From NCBI GenBank assembly GCA_019313605.1, contig JAFDAW010000004.1:1-34503 (forward strand): 34,503 nucleotides of DNA, read 5' to 3'. The translations under genes were made by a program, and so were the position numbers. Under the pieces are notes generated by a model. The model did not search any database and was not told where the DNA came from. It saw nothing but the letters and a program-made list of their open reading frames with translations. Positions within the stretch are counted from its first letter, which is position 1. The number at the start of each line of letters is the position of its first letter. The DNA comes from Deltaproteobacteria bacterium (GTDB taxonomy: Bacteria > Myxococcota_A > UBA9160 > SMWR01). Positions 1 to 11,001 of the stretch are shown piece by piece.

Positions 1-2046
1 GTACGGGCGCATTGGCCCGATGGCGCGAGCATCGAAGGGCTCGCGCAACTCGAAAAAGGTGACTACCTCGTCCACGCCGAACACGGCATCGGCGTCTACC
101 GCGGGCTGGTCGAACTCGATCTCGGGATCGCCCAAGGCGAATTTCTTCGACTCGAATACCAGGACAGCGATCGACTCTTCGTTCCCGTCCATCGCCTGAG
201 TTTGATCCAGCGATACGGTGGATCGGACGGCCACGCCCCGCGCATCGACAAACTCGGTGGCATCAGCTGGGAGAAAGCCAAGAACTCGATCAAGAAGAGC
301 CTGCGCCTCATGGCCGACGAACTGCTCTCGCTGCACGCGGCCCGAGAACTCGCGCCGGGTCACGGATTTGCGGGGCGCGATCGCCACCTCGAAGAGTTCG
401 AAGCGACTTTTCCATTCGAAGAAACAGCCGACCAGGCCGCGGCAATCGAAGACGTGCTCGGCGATCTGCAACGCCCCAAACCGTCGGACCGAATCGTCTG
501 TGGTGACGTGGGTTATGGCAAGACCGAGGTTGCCGTGCGGGCGGCCTTCCGGGTTGCGATGGACGGCAAGCAGGTGGCCGTGCTCGTACCGACAACGGTT
601 TTGTGTCAACAACACGAAGAGACCTTCAAGGAGCGATTCTCGGGCCATCCGATGGAGATCGAATCGCTCTCCCGATTTCGCAGCGCAAAGGATGCGAAGT
701 CGGTCATCGAGCGCCTGGCGGACGGGTCGGTCGATATCGTGATCGGCACCCACCGCCTGTTGCAGAAGAAGGTTCACTTTCGCGACCTCGGACTGCTCGT
801 GATCGACGAAGAACATCGATTCGGCGTCACCCACAAGGAGCGCATCAAGCAGCTCAAGAAGACCGTCGACGTCTTGACGCTGACCGCGACACCGATCCCG
901 CGAACCCTTCAGATGGCTTTCAACGGCATCCGCGATCTGTCCGTGATCAACACGCCGCCCGCAGATCGCCTGGCGATCCGCACCCAGGTCTGTCGCATCT
1001 CGGATGCCCTGATTCGCGAGGTCATCCTGCGAGAGCTGCGTCGAGGCGGGCAGGCGTTCTTCGTCCACAACCGGGTGCAGACGATCGGCGCGATGCAAAG
1101 CCGCCTCGCCCGCGTCGTTCCCGAAGCGAAGGTCATCGTCGCACACGGGCAGATGAAAGAGCGCGAGCTCGAGGATCGGATGATGCGCTTCATGCACGGC
1201 GAAGCAGATGTGCTGCTCTGCACGACAATCATCGAGAGCGGCATCGACAATCCGCGGGCGAACACGATCTTGATCAATCGCGCAGACGCACTCGGCCTCG
1301 CACAGATCTACCAGTTGCGCGGGCGCGTGGGTCGAAGCAAGCAGCGCGCCTACGCGTATTTGATGATTCCGGGCTCAGAGGACTCGCTTACCACCGACGC
1401 GAAGCGGCGGCTCGAGGCGATCCAGGATCTCAGTGAACTCGGCAGCGGCTTTCGACTCGCGAACATGGATCTCGAGATTCGCGGCGCGGGCAACCTGCTC
1501 GGATCGGAACAAAGCGGCTGCCTCGCGGCGGTCGGCTACGAGACCTACCTGTCGATGCTGGAAGAGACGATGGACGAACTGCGTGGGAAATCCCATCAGA
1601 TCGAAGTCGATCCGGAAATTCGCCTGCCGGTCACCGCTCGCCTGCCGGAATCCTACGTGAGCGCGGTCAGCCAGCGCCTGGTTCTCTACAAACGCCTCGC
1701 GAGTTGCCGCGACGACAGCGAGATCGACCGCATTCGAGACGAACTGCTCGACCGCTACGGATCACTCCCCGACGAGGCCGAGAATCTCTTCGAGGTGATC
1801 CGATTGAAATCGCGCGCGCGCCGACTCGGCATCACCGCCATCGATCTCGTGAAGGGTGAAATCGTCCTCACCGCTGCGGACCAGAGCAAAGTCGATCCGC
1901 AGCGGCTGCTCGATCTGCTCCACCAGGCGGGTTCGGGGATGCGCGTCGCGCCCGACCGCAAGATCTACGCGCGCGCACCAAAAGGAAACTCCGCGCAGCT
2001 TTTCGCCGCCACGCGGAGTCTACTCGCCAATCTTGGAGCTGCTTGA
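1..2046 (+). CDS. mfd: Transcription-repair coupling factor Mfd, C-terminal ~680 aa (5' end outside window)
   Basis: Frame 1 is open from base 1 ([36 protein letters not shown]...) and runs into the 614-aa ORF. Superfamily-2 helicase motifs are present: [32 protein letters not shown]-terminal TRCF-type domain follows. Stop at 2044-2046. Confidence 0.95.
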   Translation, partial: VRAHWPDGASIEGLAQLEKGDYLVHAEHGIGVYRGLVELDLGIAQGEFLRLEYQDSDRLFVPVHRLSLIQRYGGSDGHAPRIDKLGGISWEKAKNSIKKSLRLMADELLSLHAARELAPGHGFAGRDRHLEEFEATFPFEETADQAAAIEDVLGDLQRPKPSDRIVCGDVGYGKTEVAVRAAFRVAMDGKQVAVLVPTTVLCQQHEETFKERFSGHPMEIESLSRFRSAKDAKSVIERLADGSVDIVIGTHRLLQKKVHFRDLGLLVIDEEHRFGVTHKERIKQLKKTVDVLTLTATPIPRTLQMAFNGIRDLSVINTPPADRLAIRTQVCRISDALIREVILRELRRGGQAFFVHNRVQTIGAMQSRLARVVPEAKVIVAHGQMKERELEDRMMRFMHGEADVLLCTTIIESGIDNPRANTILINRADALGLAQIYQLRGRVGRSKQRAYAYLMIPGSEDSLTTDAKRRLEAIQDLSELGSGFRLANMDLEIRGAGNLLGSEQSGCLAAVGYETYLSMLEETMDELRGKSHQIEVDPEIRLPVTARLPESYVSAVSQRLVLYKRLASCRDDSEIDRIRDELLDRYGSLPDEAENLFEVIRLKSRARRLGITAIDLVKGEIVLTAADQSKVDPQRLLDLLHQAGSGMRVAPDRKIYARAPKGNSAQLFAATRSLLANLGAA

Positions 2047-2071
2047 GGGAGATTTCCCGTCGAAGCTGGGC

Positions 2072-2458
2072 TCAGGTGCGCTTCATGTCTGCGGGAACGA
2101 CAGTGGTTCCGATTGCGCGGCAGACGAGAACCGGCTCTTTGAGCACGTCCGCAGCCGAGTCATTCACGTCGGGTCGAACCGCGATGACCTTGTAGGCCTC
2201 GAATTCGCAGCGGCGCGATGTGTTGCCCACCTTCACGATGCGGCCCTTGGCCTCGATGAAATCACCGCTGTAGACGGGGGCTAGAAATTCCACTTCGTGA
2301 TACGCGCGGAACAATCCTTCGTCGCCGTCCTGCTGAATGGCGAGGTCGGTGATCAGATCGCCGAAAATTTCCAGCATCTTGGCGCCGGGTACCAGATTGC
2401 CGCCGTAGTGGGCGTCGCGGGCAGACATGCGAACGCGGATCAATGCTTCTTTGGACAT
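2072..2458 (-). CDS. Hotdog-fold protein (3-aminobutyryl-CoA ammonia-lyase-like / thioesterase superfamily)
   Basis: 128 aa from the ATG at 2458; the track's first codon at 2461 is TTG. The pattern [21 protein letters not shown]...[18 protein letters not shown] is typical of small hotdog proteins. Its ATG overlaps the TGA of the upstream acyl-CoA synthetase (TGATG), suggesting translational coupling. Exact activity was not determined. Confidence 0.6.
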   Translation of the reverse strand: MSKEALIRVRMSARDAHYGGNLVPGAKMLEIFGDLITDLAIQQDGDEGLFRAYHEVEFLAPVYSGDFIEAKGRIVKVGNTSRRCEFEAYKVIAVRPDVNDSAADVLKEPVLVCRAIGTTVVPADMKRT

Positions 2459-4560
2459 CAATTCTCTCCTGTTTGATCTTTGGCGGCTGCAAGTGCATCC
2501 ACAGCAACTGCGCGTCCACCGGTGATGATGATGGGGTTGGCTTCGATTTCGAGAACGCGATCGGACAGATCTTCAGCGAGCCATCCGAATCGTTCCACTA
2601 CGTTGGCGAGTTCTTTCAATTCAGAATCAGACAGGTCGATGGATGCATCCGCCACGGCACCGGACGCGATCTCCATCGCCTCTCCTTGGCGCAGGGGAAT
2701 CAGGTTGAACGCCGATTCACCCGAAACGCCGCCACCGCCGCTGCGCACCGTCATCGCGGGCCCGTAGAGCGGGTCTACCGTGACACCGATCAGAAACTCC
2801 GGTCCGGCCGTAAGTTGTTCCTGCACCAGCAGCTGGGTCGCATCGACACCCATTTCGCGCGCGCGGTCTTGCACCTGCTGCGCGGCGTCCCTCACGTCGT
2901 CGGGTGATTCGAGGCTCAGTTTCACCAGGCCTTCGCGCGCCTTGTGGGGCACCTCGGCACAAACCAGCTTGACGACCACCCGGCAGTCGAGATCGCGGGC
3001 GGCGGCCGCAGCCTGCTCGGGGTCACTGACGACGGCCTCGCGCGGCCTCTCGATCCCGTACTGGGTGAAGATCGCAGAAGCCTGTACCTCGTCCAGAATC
3101 CCCGGCGGAACCGCAACCTCTGGCTTGGCGGTGTGTCGCTCGGCGATGGGCATGCACTCGCGAGAGACTTCGTAGAGGCTCGCGACTGCAGCCGCGGCCG
3201 AAGCGTGACCCTGCAGTATCGCCACCCCGTACTCGGTGATCAATTCTGTGGTCCGCCCGGTATAAGACAGGGGTGTCGCCAGCACCGAGATCACGGGCTT
3301 GCCGCACTCGCGCTGTACCTTGCCCGCGTAGCGGAGGATCGTCGAGAGATCGGAGTCACCGGGGTGCGTTCGGCTCGGCGCGACATCGATCGCGACCATG
3401 CCCACCTCGGGGTCGGCGACCAGCGTATCGATCGCTCGGCAGTAGATGTCACTGTCGAAGATCGCCTGTCCGGTCACGTCGAGTGGATTACGCGGCTCGG
3501 CGAAGTCGGGCAGGATCTCGGATAGCTTGCTCATGGTATCCGTGCTGAATTTTTCGAGCGGCACCTCGGCGTCGTTGAGCGCGTCGGCAAAGAGTGTGCA
3601 GTTGCCACCGGACTGCATGGCGGCCGCGAGTTTTCCCGAGCAGGGCGGCGCGTTCTCCAACAACAGGGCGGTTTCGAACAGCGCGATCGGGTCGTAGACG
3701 ACCACGGCACCGAGTCGGCGAAGTGCGGCATCACGCAGCGTGGTGTCTCCGAGGAGTTCACCGGTGTGGGCGATCACCGCCGCTTTCGCGGCTTCTCCCG
3801 CAACGCGCGGACAGCAGATGACGACCCGCTTGTTGGCGCGATCCATCGCTTCGAGCCCTGCCACGAGTCTCCCGATATCGCGAATCGTCTCGATGTAGCA
3901 GGCCGCGACGGTCGTCTCGGAATCGGCCGCCGCCCACTCGAGGAGTTCCCCGATGCCGATCGTGGCTTCGACGCCGACGCCCGTAACAACGCGAACACCG
4001 ACGCCGCGATCACCGGCCATGTGGATGAACGTCCAGGCCGCCGTACCGCTCTGGGAAAACATGGAGATCGAACCGCGAGACGACCTCGGGGGCATCTCGG
4101 CCCCATAGGCGGCGACCGGGCCGTGGTAGTTGATGAAGCCCTCGACGTTGGGGCCGATCAGGGTGACGTCGTGCTCGACCGCGGCCGCGGTGAGGCGAAC
4201 CTGCAGTTCGGCGCCGGCGGGGCCCGCATCGCGAAACCCGCTCGAAACCACCATGGCCGACGCAACTCCCGCTTCGCCGCACGCTTTGACGGCCTCGATC
4301 GCGGCCTCCGCGGGAATCGCGATGATCGCGAGGTCGGCCGGAACCGGAGTCTCGCTCAAGCTCGGGTAGGCGGGCTGGTCCCAGACCGTCGAGCGACGCG
4401 GGTTGATGGGAAAGATTCGGCCTGGAAAGTTCAATTTCTCGAGGTTGGAGAAAATCTCCTTCGACCAGGAACTGGCGCGGTCACTCGCACCGACGATCGC
4501 GATCGTGTTCGGGTTGAAGAATGCGTCGAGTCGCTTGTTGGTCATCGGGAGTTCTCTCAT
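2458..4560 (-). CDS. ADP-forming acyl-CoA (acetyl-CoA) synthetase, fused alpha/beta type
   Basis: 700-aa ORF. N-terminal CoA-binding/succinyl-CoA-synthetase-like domain ([17 protein letters not shown], ...SQSGT). C-terminal ATP-grasp-like domain. An alternative start at M6 (4545) is possible. Confidence 0.85.
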   Translation of the reverse strand: MRELPMTNKRLDAFFNPNTIAIVGASDRASSWSKEIFSNLEKLNFPGRIFPINPRRSTVWDQPAYPSLSETPVPADLAIIAIPAEAAIEAVKACGEAGVASAMVVSSGFRDAGPAGAELQVRLTAAAVEHDVTLIGPNVEGFINYHGPVAAYGAEMPPRSSRGSISMFSQSGTAAWTFIHMAGDRGVGVRVVTGVGVEATIGIGELLEWAAADSETTVAACYIETIRDIGRLVAGLEAMDRANKRVVICCPRVAGEAAKAAVIAHTGELLGDTTLRDAALRRLGAVVVYDPIALFETALLLENAPPCSGKLAAAMQSGGNCTLFADALNDAEVPLEKFSTDTMSKLSEILPDFAEPRNPLDVTGQAIFDSDIYCRAIDTLVADPEVGMVAIDVAPSRTHPGDSDLSTILRYAGKVQRECGKPVISVLATPLSYTGRTTELITEYGVAILQGHASAAAAVASLYEVSRECMPIAERHTAKPEVAVPPGILDEVQASAIFTQYGIERPREAVVSDPEQAAAAARDLDCRVVVKLVCAEVPHKAREGLVKLSLESPDDVRDAAQQVQDRAREMGVDATQLLVQEQLTAGPEFLIGVTVDPLYGPAMTVRSGGGGVSGESAFNLIPLRQGEAMEIASGAVADASIDLSDSELKELANVVERFGWLAEDLSDRVLEIEANPIIITGGRAVAVDALAAAKDQTGEN

Positions 4561-4794
4561 AGGGGTTTCGTAATGTGCTCGCTGGCTGTGTGGGAGATTG
4601 AGCTGGAAGGGCCGCGGCGCGTTTCGGATGGTTTACATTGCACCGAGCGCAACGGTTTGCTGCTTCCTCTATTTTTACTCATTCACGTTTCTAACATTTT
4701 GTTTTTATTAAGTAAATATCTATGTTTGGGAGAGGCAGCCAACGCCTTGATCTAGAATGAAAGATTGCTCGGAACGATTAGGATAATTAACAAC

Positions 4795-5631
4795 TTAACG
4801 GGCAGGACTCAACGAAAGCAGCGGCTGGCGCTCTCCGCGCAGCTCCCAGCCCATCTCGTGGGCCATCCCCCGCAGTGCCTGGATTCGGTCGGCATTGAGT
4901 GGGTGGGTGGAATAATAGCTCGCGAGTTCGCCGTCCAGGGGACCCCCGAGCTCGGGTAGGTGTTCGAAGAAGGCTTCCGCTCCCGAAACGTGCCCGTACT
5001 CGGCGGCCAGCAGCGCGAGCCCAAAGCGATCCGCCTCGATTTCCTGATCGCGATCGAAGCCGCGCTGGGCGAACTGGCCGGCCAATGACGCGAGCTCGAC
5101 CGCGCTGCTGCTGCCGCCCACCCCCACCGCGACGAGCAAAAGCGAAAACGCGATGCCGCGCCCGAGCCCGCGGAGGTGATCGCGGTTGCGGAAATGCCCG
5201 AGTTCGTGGCCAAGCACGAATGCGAGTTCGTTCTCGCTCTCGACATTTTCGAGCAGGCCATCGGTCACCGCGATCACTCCGCCTGGAAGTGCCACGGCGT
5301 TCGGTTCGGGAATGTCCCAGATCGCGATTTCGAACGCATAGGGATTCTCGGGCCAATGGCCCGCCATCCGGCCGAGGAGTTTCGCGAGCGACTGCTCGCG
5401 CGGATCGACCGCCTCGTCGGCTTCGACACCGCGATCGAACCAACCGGAAAACAAGCGCACCTCGAGTTCGATCGGGATATGGGGCGCTACCAGGTCGACC
5501 GCGACCGCAGCCGCCACGGCAACCGCAATCGCGATCGCGGCCACCCCACCCACGAGCAACAGCGCTTCGCGCAGTGGGTGCGTGCGCGAAACGTTGATTC
5601 CGTCCTCTGGGATCGACGGGTCGAACTTCAC
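4795..5631 (-). CDS. M48-family zinc metallopeptidase, membrane anchored
   Basis: 278 aa with an N-terminal TM helix and an HELGH (HExxH) motif, with downstream EIEADRFG and THP typical of M48. The GTG start overlaps the upstream gene's stop by 4 nt (GTGA). Confidence 0.85.
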   Translation of the reverse strand: MKFDPSIPEDGINVSRTHPLREALLLVGGVAAIAIAVAVAAAVAVDLVAPHIPIELEVRLFSGWFDRGVEADEAVDPREQSLAKLLGRMAGHWPENPYAFEIAIWDIPEPNAVALPGGVIAVTDGLLENVESENELAFVLGHELGHFRNRDHLRGLGRGIAFSLLLVAVGVGGSSSAVELASLAGQFAQRGFDRDQEIEADRFGLALLAAEYGHVSGAEAFFEHLPELGGPLDGELASYYSTHPLNADRIQALRGMAHEMGWELRGERQPLLSLSPAR

Positions 5632-6107
5632 GGCGCGTTGCGCAGCTTGACGGCGGTGCCAAACGCGAGCACTTCGAGGCCCGCAATGCTCTCGGAATTT
5701 CGGGCGTTGGCCATCCGGCAGGTTTCGAGGCGGACGTTGACGATGGCGTGATAGCCCCGCTCGACGGCCTTTTGCTTGAGGCGCATGAGCGCTTCGCGGC
5801 GGGCGCGATCAAGCAGCGACTCATACGCCTTGATCCGGCCTCCGAAAATCGCCCGCAACCCCGCCAGAAAGCGTTTGAAGTAGTCGACGGAGATGACGAC
5901 GCTGCCCGTGATCAGCGTGCACTCGGTGACTTTCCAACTAGGGGGAACACTGCGAAAAGTGATCGCCGGGACGCTGCGCCAACGCAATTCGCGCTCGCGG
6001 ATCGACGCGTAGTGGCGCCGCTCGACGGCGGCTCCCGTGAAATAAGCCAAGACCAGAAGCGCGAGTGGAATCCCGAGCCGAACGCCTAGCTCCACCATGG
6101 GGTCCAT
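5628..6107 (-). CDS. YbjQ/UPF0145 (heavy-metal-binding-like) domain protein with N-terminal TM helix
   Basis: 159 aa. TM segment IPLALLVLAYFTGAAV, then a YbjQ-type core (GGRIKAYESLLDRARREALMRLKQKAVERGYHAIVNVRLE...GTAV). Confidence 0.75.
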   Translation of the reverse strand: MDPMVELGVRLGIPLALLVLAYFTGAAVERRHYASIRERELRWRSVPAITFRSVPPSWKVTECTLITGSVVISVDYFKRFLAGLRAIFGGRIKAYESLLDRARREALMRLKQKAVERGYHAIVNVRLETCRMANARNSESIAGLEVLAFGTAVKLRNAP

Positions 6108-6109
6108 CT

Positions 6110-6424
6110 CTATTCGACCGTGACCGCGGTGCCGTAGGCGAAGAGTTCGGCTGCACCCTGCGCGACGGAGCTCGTCGAAAAACGGATGTTCACCACGGCG
6201 TTCGCTCCGAGCGACTCCGCTTCCCGGACCATTCGACCGATGGCATCCTCACGCGCTTCCCCAATCAGCTCCGTATAGGCCTTGAGTTCACCACCGACGA
6301 TGTTCTTGAAACCCGCCATGATGTCCTTGCCGATGTGCTTCGCACGCACCGTACTCCCCGACACCACACCGAAAAATCGCGTGATCTCCTTGCCCGGAAC
6401 CGTCTCGATATTGCTGAGAATCAC
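6110..6424 (-). CDS. YbjQ family protein (UPF0145)
   Basis: 104 aa, full-length match to the YbjQ pattern (MILSN...GGELKAYTELIGEAREDAIGRMVREAESLGANAVVNIRF...YGTAV). Confidence 0.85.
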   Translation of the reverse strand: MILSNIETVPGKEITRFFGVVSGSTVRAKHIGKDIMAGFKNIVGGELKAYTELIGEAREDAIGRMVREAESLGANAVVNIRFSTSSVAQGAAELFAYGTAVTVE

Positions 6425-6632
6425 CGCTTACCTCCTTGGGATGGATCGATCGAGCTGTGCGAAGTTCCGCTCGGCGAGCGAAACCCCGGGGGACAGTCAG
6501 CAGACTAGCGTGACCGCGGTTGGGATCCCAAAGCTGCGGGCGTCGTCGGCGGGCGCCGGTCGAGCTAAGCTGGGTGAGCTTTTGAACGAACTGCCTTTCG
6601 GGCACTGCCTGACACTCCCACAGGGGGTATTG

Positions 6633-7658
6633 ATGCGACGCGTTTTCCCGTGGCTGGCCGCGGGGCTTTTCCTCTCCGCTACGCCGGCCTCGGCCGACGA
6701 GATACTGGTTGACGGCATCGCCGCCCAGGTCGGCGAAGACGTCGTCCTCGTCTCCGAAGTGATGGCGATGGTCGCGGAAGGCGAGAAGCAGATGCGCGCC
6801 GCCGGCGTTGCGGAAGACCAGATCGCGAAGCTCCGCGCCCAGGGACTCGAGCGACTGATCGAAGACAAGTTGATTCACGGCGAAGTGAAGCGAATGGAAC
6901 TCTACGCCTCCGATGACGAGATCGATGAAACCATCGGGATGATCGCAAGCGATAACGGGATCACGGCCCAAGAACTCGAAAAGAGCGTGCGCGCCCAGAA
7001 CCTGGATTTCGAGGATTACCGCGAGCAGATCAAGCAAAAGATCGAGAATCAGAGAGTCATTCAGGTAGCGCTGCTCCCGAAGGTCGAAGTCGAAGAGAGC
7101 GCGATCCGCCGACTCTACGACCAACGGTTCAAAGACCAGCCCGATGGCGGAGAGCAGATTCACTTGCGCCACTTGTTGGTTCCGGCCAGCCAGGACAAGG
7201 ATCTCGATACGGCCTGTGTGGAGGTGACTGCCGCCGACGAGCGGATTGCCGCCGGAGAGGCATTCGAGGCCGTGGCGGCTGAGATTTCGGTCATCGCGCC
7301 CGAGCAGGGTGGGGACATCGGCTGGGTGCACGCGTCGTCGCTGGCGTCGTGGATGGCCAAGCTCGTAGCGACACTCGAACCGGGTGGGATCAGCCCGGTT
7401 AATCGACAACCGTTCGGGTGCAACCTCCTCAAGCTCGTCGAAAAGAGAGCCTTCGAACGGGTCAGCTACGAAATGGCGGAGCAGCAACTCTATCGGGAAG
7501 TTCAGCAGATGGCGATCGAGGCGGAGTTCGTGACCTGGATGGAGGAACTCCGAGAGCGCACCTTCATCCAGCGCTACGGCTACTTCGCGGCCGCTGCCCA
7601 GCTCGACACCACCACCACTGATTCCGCTGACGCGGCGCAGGGCGCGCTATTCCAGTGA
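6633..7658 (+). CDS. SurA-like periplasmic chaperone / parvulin-type peptidyl-prolyl isomerase
   Basis: The in-frame ATG at 6633 gives a signal peptide (MRRVFPWLAAGLFLSATPASA). A SurA N-terminal-like domain and one PpiC/parvulin domain (IHLRHLLV...GGDIGWV) follow. The longer track ORF from 6282 overlaps ybjQ and looks non-coding. Confidence 0.8.
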   Translation: MRRVFPWLAAGLFLSATPASADEILVDGIAAQVGEDVVLVSEVMAMVAEGEKQMRAAGVAEDQIAKLRAQGLERLIEDKLIHGEVKRMELYASDDEIDETIGMIASDNGITAQELEKSVRAQNLDFEDYREQIKQKIENQRVIQVALLPKVEVEESAIRRLYDQRFKDQPDGGEQIHLRHLLVPASQDKDLDTACVEVTAADERIAAGEAFEAVAAEISVIAPEQGGDIGWVHASSLASWMAKLVATLEPGGISPVNRQPFGCNLLKLVEKRAFERVSYEMAEQQLYREVQQMAIEAEFVTWMEELRERTFIQRYGYFAAAAQLDTTTTDSADAAQGALFQ

Positions 7659-10483
7659 GCGGTGAGCCTTCATCGCTCACACACATCCTGATCAGAGGTG
7701 CCCGCGAACACAATCTGACCGACCTCGACGTTTGCATTCCGCGGGACAAGCTCGTCGTCATCACGGGTCTTTCCGGCTCCGGGAAATCCTCTCTCACATT
7801 CGACACGATCTACGCCGAGGGGCAGCGCCGGTACGTAGAATCGCTATCCGCCTACGCGCGCCAATTTCTCGAGCAGATGGCGAAGCCCGACGTCGATTCC
7901 ATCGACGGTCTTTCGCCTGCCATCGCAATCGAACAGCGCACCGTCGGCAAGAGCCCCCGATCCACGGTCGGGACGGCGACCGAGATCTACGACTACCTTC
8001 GACTCCTTTACGCGCGAATCGGACAACCCTTCTGCCATCGATGTGGAAACGCGATTTCCAGCCAGACCATCCAGCAGATGACGGACCGCGTGATCGCGTT
8101 GGGGGCCGGAACCAAGCTGCAGATCCTCGCTCCCGTGATTCGGGGGAGAAAGGGTGAGCACCGCAAGGAGCTGCGGGAACTTTCCAAACAGGGATTCGTT
8201 CGGGTTCGCGTCGATGGAGAAATGCGCGAGCTCGCAGATGAGATTTCGATCGCCAAACAATCGAAGCACGATATCGAGGTCGTCGTTGATCGGATCGTCG
8301 CGAAGGACGATGCGCGCAAGCGTATCGCCGAGTCGATCGAGACGGCCGTGCGCATTTCGGGCGGCCTCGTCACCGTCGACGTCGGCCCAGGGCAGCAGGA
8401 GTGGACACTTTCCGAGCACAGTGCGTGCGTCGACTGCGGAATCTCCTACCCGGAAATCGAGCCGCGCTCATTCTCGTTCAACAGTCCGCACGGCGCTTGT
8501 CCGCACTGCAGCGGTCTCGGGACGCACGACGAATTCGAAGCGGCGCTAATCGTGCCCGATGCGTCGCTGTCGATCTCGCGCAAGGCCATCGCGCCCTGGA
8601 GCGGACGCCGCGTCCCGGTCTACTACCGGCGCCTGCTCGAAGCGCTCGCGGAGCATTACAAGATCTCCCTCGAAACACCTTGGTGCGAACTCACCAAGGG
8701 CGTGCGCGACGGAATTCTTCACGGTGCGAAGGAAGAGATCGCCTTTGCGTTCGAGGCGGGCAAGAGCGATCGCGCGATCAAGCACCACTGGGACGGTGTG
8801 CTCGGTGAACTCGGTAGACGCTACGAGCGCGGCGGCGAAGCAGAGCGCAAAGAACTCGCTCGTTACCGCTCGCCCCGCAGCTGCACCGATTGCGGCGGCT
8901 CGCGTCTGCGAATCGAGGCACGAAGTATTCGAGTGAGCGGCGAATCGATCTCGGGGCTGACGAAGCGTTCCGTCGAGGATTTGGCCGAGTTTTTCGAGCG
9001 CCTCGAACTCACGCCCGCGGAGCGCGCAATCGCGCAGAAGATTGTCGTCGAGATTCGAGATCGATTGCGCTTCCTGAGGAATGTCGGCCTCGACTATCTC
9101 ACACTCGATCGCAGCAGCACCACCCTATCGGGTGGCGAAAGTCAGCGCATTCGCCTCGCGACCCAGGTGGGCGCCAGCTTGATGGGGGTTCTCTACATCC
9201 TCGACGAACCCTCGATCGGCCTGCATCCGAGGGACAACCAGAGGTTGCTCGAAATGCTCGCGCGGCTTCGCGATGGCGGTAACAGCGTGCTCGTCGTGGA
9301 ACACGACGAGGCGACGATCCGCGCAGCGGATTTCGTGATCGACATGGGGCCCGGCGCGGGGATTCACGGCGGGCAGATCGTCGCGCTCGGAACGCCCGCC
9401 GAGGTTTCTGCGAGCGATGACTCGATTACCGGGGACTACCTCGCGGGGCGGCGATGCATTGGCGTACCGAAGCGGCGCAGGCCTCCGGGCGAGCAGGCGC
9501 TGATCGTCGAGAATTGTCGGGGCCACAACCTGAAGAACCTCGACGTGAGAATTCCACTGGGCCTTTTTACAGCGGTAACCGGTGTGTCGGGTTCCGGAAA
9601 ATCGACATTGATCAACGACACGCTCTACCGCGCGTTGGCGGCCCGCCTTCACCAGGCCGAAACCCCCGCAGCTCCCTTCGATCGAATTCTGGGTCTCGAT
9701 GCGATCGATAAAGTGGTGAACGTGAGCCAGTCACCGATCGGACGCACGCCGCGCAGCAATCCCGCTACCTACACGGGTGCACTCTCGAGCATCCGCCAGC
9801 TCTTCAGCCAGGTTCCCGAAGCGCGCATTCGCGGTTATGCGCCGGGGCGCTTTTCGTTCAACGTGAAAGGAGGCCGCTGCGAGGCCTGCCAGGGCAACGG
9901 AACCCTGCGCGTGGAGATGCACTTTCTTCCGGACATCTTCGTGACCTGCGAGGAGTGCGCGGGCCGGCGTTACAACCGCGAGACGCTCGAGATCCGCTAC
10001 AAGGGCTACAGCATTGCAGACGTCCTCGAGATGAGCGTCGAGGAAGCGCTCGGTTTCGCAGAGAACGTCCCGTCTCTCCGGCGCCCGCTGCAGACCTTGT
10101 TCGATGTGGGACTCGGTTATCTCCACGTGGGTCAATCGGCGACCACGCTCTCTGGAGGCGAAGCGCAACGCGTCAAACTCGCGAAAGAACTTTCGCGCCG
10201 CGACACCGGACGCACGCTCTACTTGCTCGATGAGCCGACCACGGGCCTGCATTTTGCGGACGTCGAGCAACTGCTGGGCGTTCTCGATCAACTCGTCGAG
10301 AAGGGCAACACGGTGGTGGTCATCGAGCACCACCCGGATGTGATCAAGACGGCCGATTACGTGATCGATCTGGGTCCCGAGGGAGGCGAGGAAGGCGGGA
10401 CGATCGTGGTTTCGGGTACACCGGAGGAAGTTTCCGCGTGCCCGACGAGCCATACGGGAAAAGCACTTCGGGAGGTGTTGTAA
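7655..10483 (+). CDS. uvrA: Excinuclease ABC subunit A
   Basis: 942 aa. Two ABC ATPase modules (GLSGSGKSSL and GVSGSGKSTL Walker A; LSGGE signatures; LYILDEP and LYLLDEP Walker B). Zinc-finger Cys clusters are present (CxxC...CxxC). The GTG start overlaps the surA-like stop (GTGA). Confidence 0.98.
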   Translation: MSGEPSSLTHILIRGAREHNLTDLDVCIPRDKLVVITGLSGSGKSSLTFDTIYAEGQRRYVESLSAYARQFLEQMAKPDVDSIDGLSPAIAIEQRTVGKSPRSTVGTATEIYDYLRLLYARIGQPFCHRCGNAISSQTIQQMTDRVIALGAGTKLQILAPVIRGRKGEHRKELRELSKQGFVRVRVDGEMRELADEISIAKQSKHDIEVVVDRIVAKDDARKRIAESIETAVRISGGLVTVDVGPGQQEWTLSEHSACVDCGISYPEIEPRSFSFNSPHGACPHCSGLGTHDEFEAALIVPDASLSISRKAIAPWSGRRVPVYYRRLLEALAEHYKISLETPWCELTKGVRDGILHGAKEEIAFAFEAGKSDRAIKHHWDGVLGELGRRYERGGEAERKELARYRSPRSCTDCGGSRLRIEARSIRVSGESISGLTKRSVEDLAEFFERLELTPAERAIAQKIVVEIRDRLRFLRNVGLDYLTLDRSSTTLSGGESQRIRLATQVGASLMGVLYILDEPSIGLHPRDNQRLLEMLARLRDGGNSVLVVEHDEATIRAADFVIDMGPGAGIHGGQIVALGTPAEVSASDDSITGDYLAGRRCIGVPKRRRPPGEQALIVENCRGHNLKNLDVRIPLGLFTAVTGVSGSGKSTLINDTLYRALAARLHQAETPAAPFDRILGLDAIDKVVNVSQSPIGRTPRSNPATYTGALSSIRQLFSQVPEARIRGYAPGRFSFNVKGGRCEACQGNGTLRVEMHFLPDIFVTCEECAGRRYNRETLEIRYKGYSIADVLEMSVEEALGFAENVPSLRRPLQTLFDVGLGYLHVGQSATTLSGGEAQRVKLAKELSRRDTGRTLYLLDEPTTGLHFADVEQLLGVLDQLVEKGNTVVVIEHHPDVIKTADYVIDLGPEGGEEGGTIVVSGTPEEVSACPTSHTGKALREVL

Positions 10484-10592
10484 CTCGTGTGTGCGTGGCA
10501 GCTCGTCTGACCGGGGCTAGAGTCGGGGGCACGGATCATCTAAAGCGGGAGAAGTAGCGCTGCTCGAATGGATCTCCATCGCCATTCCAAGT

Positions 10593-10982
10593 TTGAACGC
10601 GTTGAGCGCGATATTGCTCTTGACCGCGTTTGCGGCGATTCGTCGGGGCGAACGCGAGAAACATCGCAATCTGATGCTGACGAATCTCGGCGTCTCGATC
10701 GTGTTTCTCGTCTGCTACGTGCTTCAGGTCTCTACGGTGGGTCACAAATCGTTCCCCGGAGACGATTGGGTGCGGGTGGTCTTCCTGACGATCCTCACGA
10801 CCCATACGATTCTCGCCGTTTGCCTCGTGCCTCTCGTGCTGCGAACGTTTTTCCTGGCCATTCGGCAGCGCTTCACCGAGCACCGGCGAATCGCCCGGAT
10901 CACCTTCCCAATCTGGCTTTACGTTTCCGTCACGGGTGTCGTGATCTACTGGATGGTGAATCACTTGCGGCCCTACGCGTGA
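10593..10982 (+). CDS. DUF420-family membrane protein (CtaM-like, associated with heme-copper oxidase maturation)
   Basis: 129 aa from a TTG start, four predicted TM helices. The pattern LNA.SAILLL.AF.AIRRGE...H...M is typical of DUF420. The frame stays open upstream to 10521 without a good start codon, so the N-terminus is uncertain. Confidence 0.7.
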   Translation: MNALSAILLLTAFAAIRRGEREKHRNLMLTNLGVSIVFLVCYVLQVSTVGHKSFPGDDWVRVVFLTILTTHTILAVCLVPLVLRTFFLAIRQRFTEHRRIARITFPIWLYVSVTGVVIYWMVNHLRPYA

Positions 10983-11001
10983 ATCGACGCGCTGGCTGAA
11001 A

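Noticed and set aside
4573-4755. 60-aa ORF (MCSLAVWEIELEG...LLLPLFLLIHVSNILFLLSKYL) inside the AT-rich island
   Set aside because: It has no RBS, and its composition and codon usage are unlike the rest of the genome. The hydrophobic stretch is explained by T-rich DNA. It is kept only as part of the AT-island observation.
4787-5824. 345-aa minus-strand ORF overlapping the M48 and TM-YbjQ genes
   Set aside because: The translation is Arg/Pro/Gly/Ala-rich and low-complexity, typical of off-frame ORFs in high-GC DNA. The overlapping frame has clear M48 motifs.
6288-7487. 399-aa antisense ORF across the SurA-like gene
   Set aside because: No recognisable domains, and it lies antisense to a well-supported signal-peptide/parvulin protein. 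It is a GC-driven spurious ORF.
10568-10999. 143-aa plus-strand ORF in an alternative frame over the DUF420 gene
   Set aside because: The translation is Arg-rich and non-membrane-like. The DUF420 frame gives four clean TM helices and family motifs.
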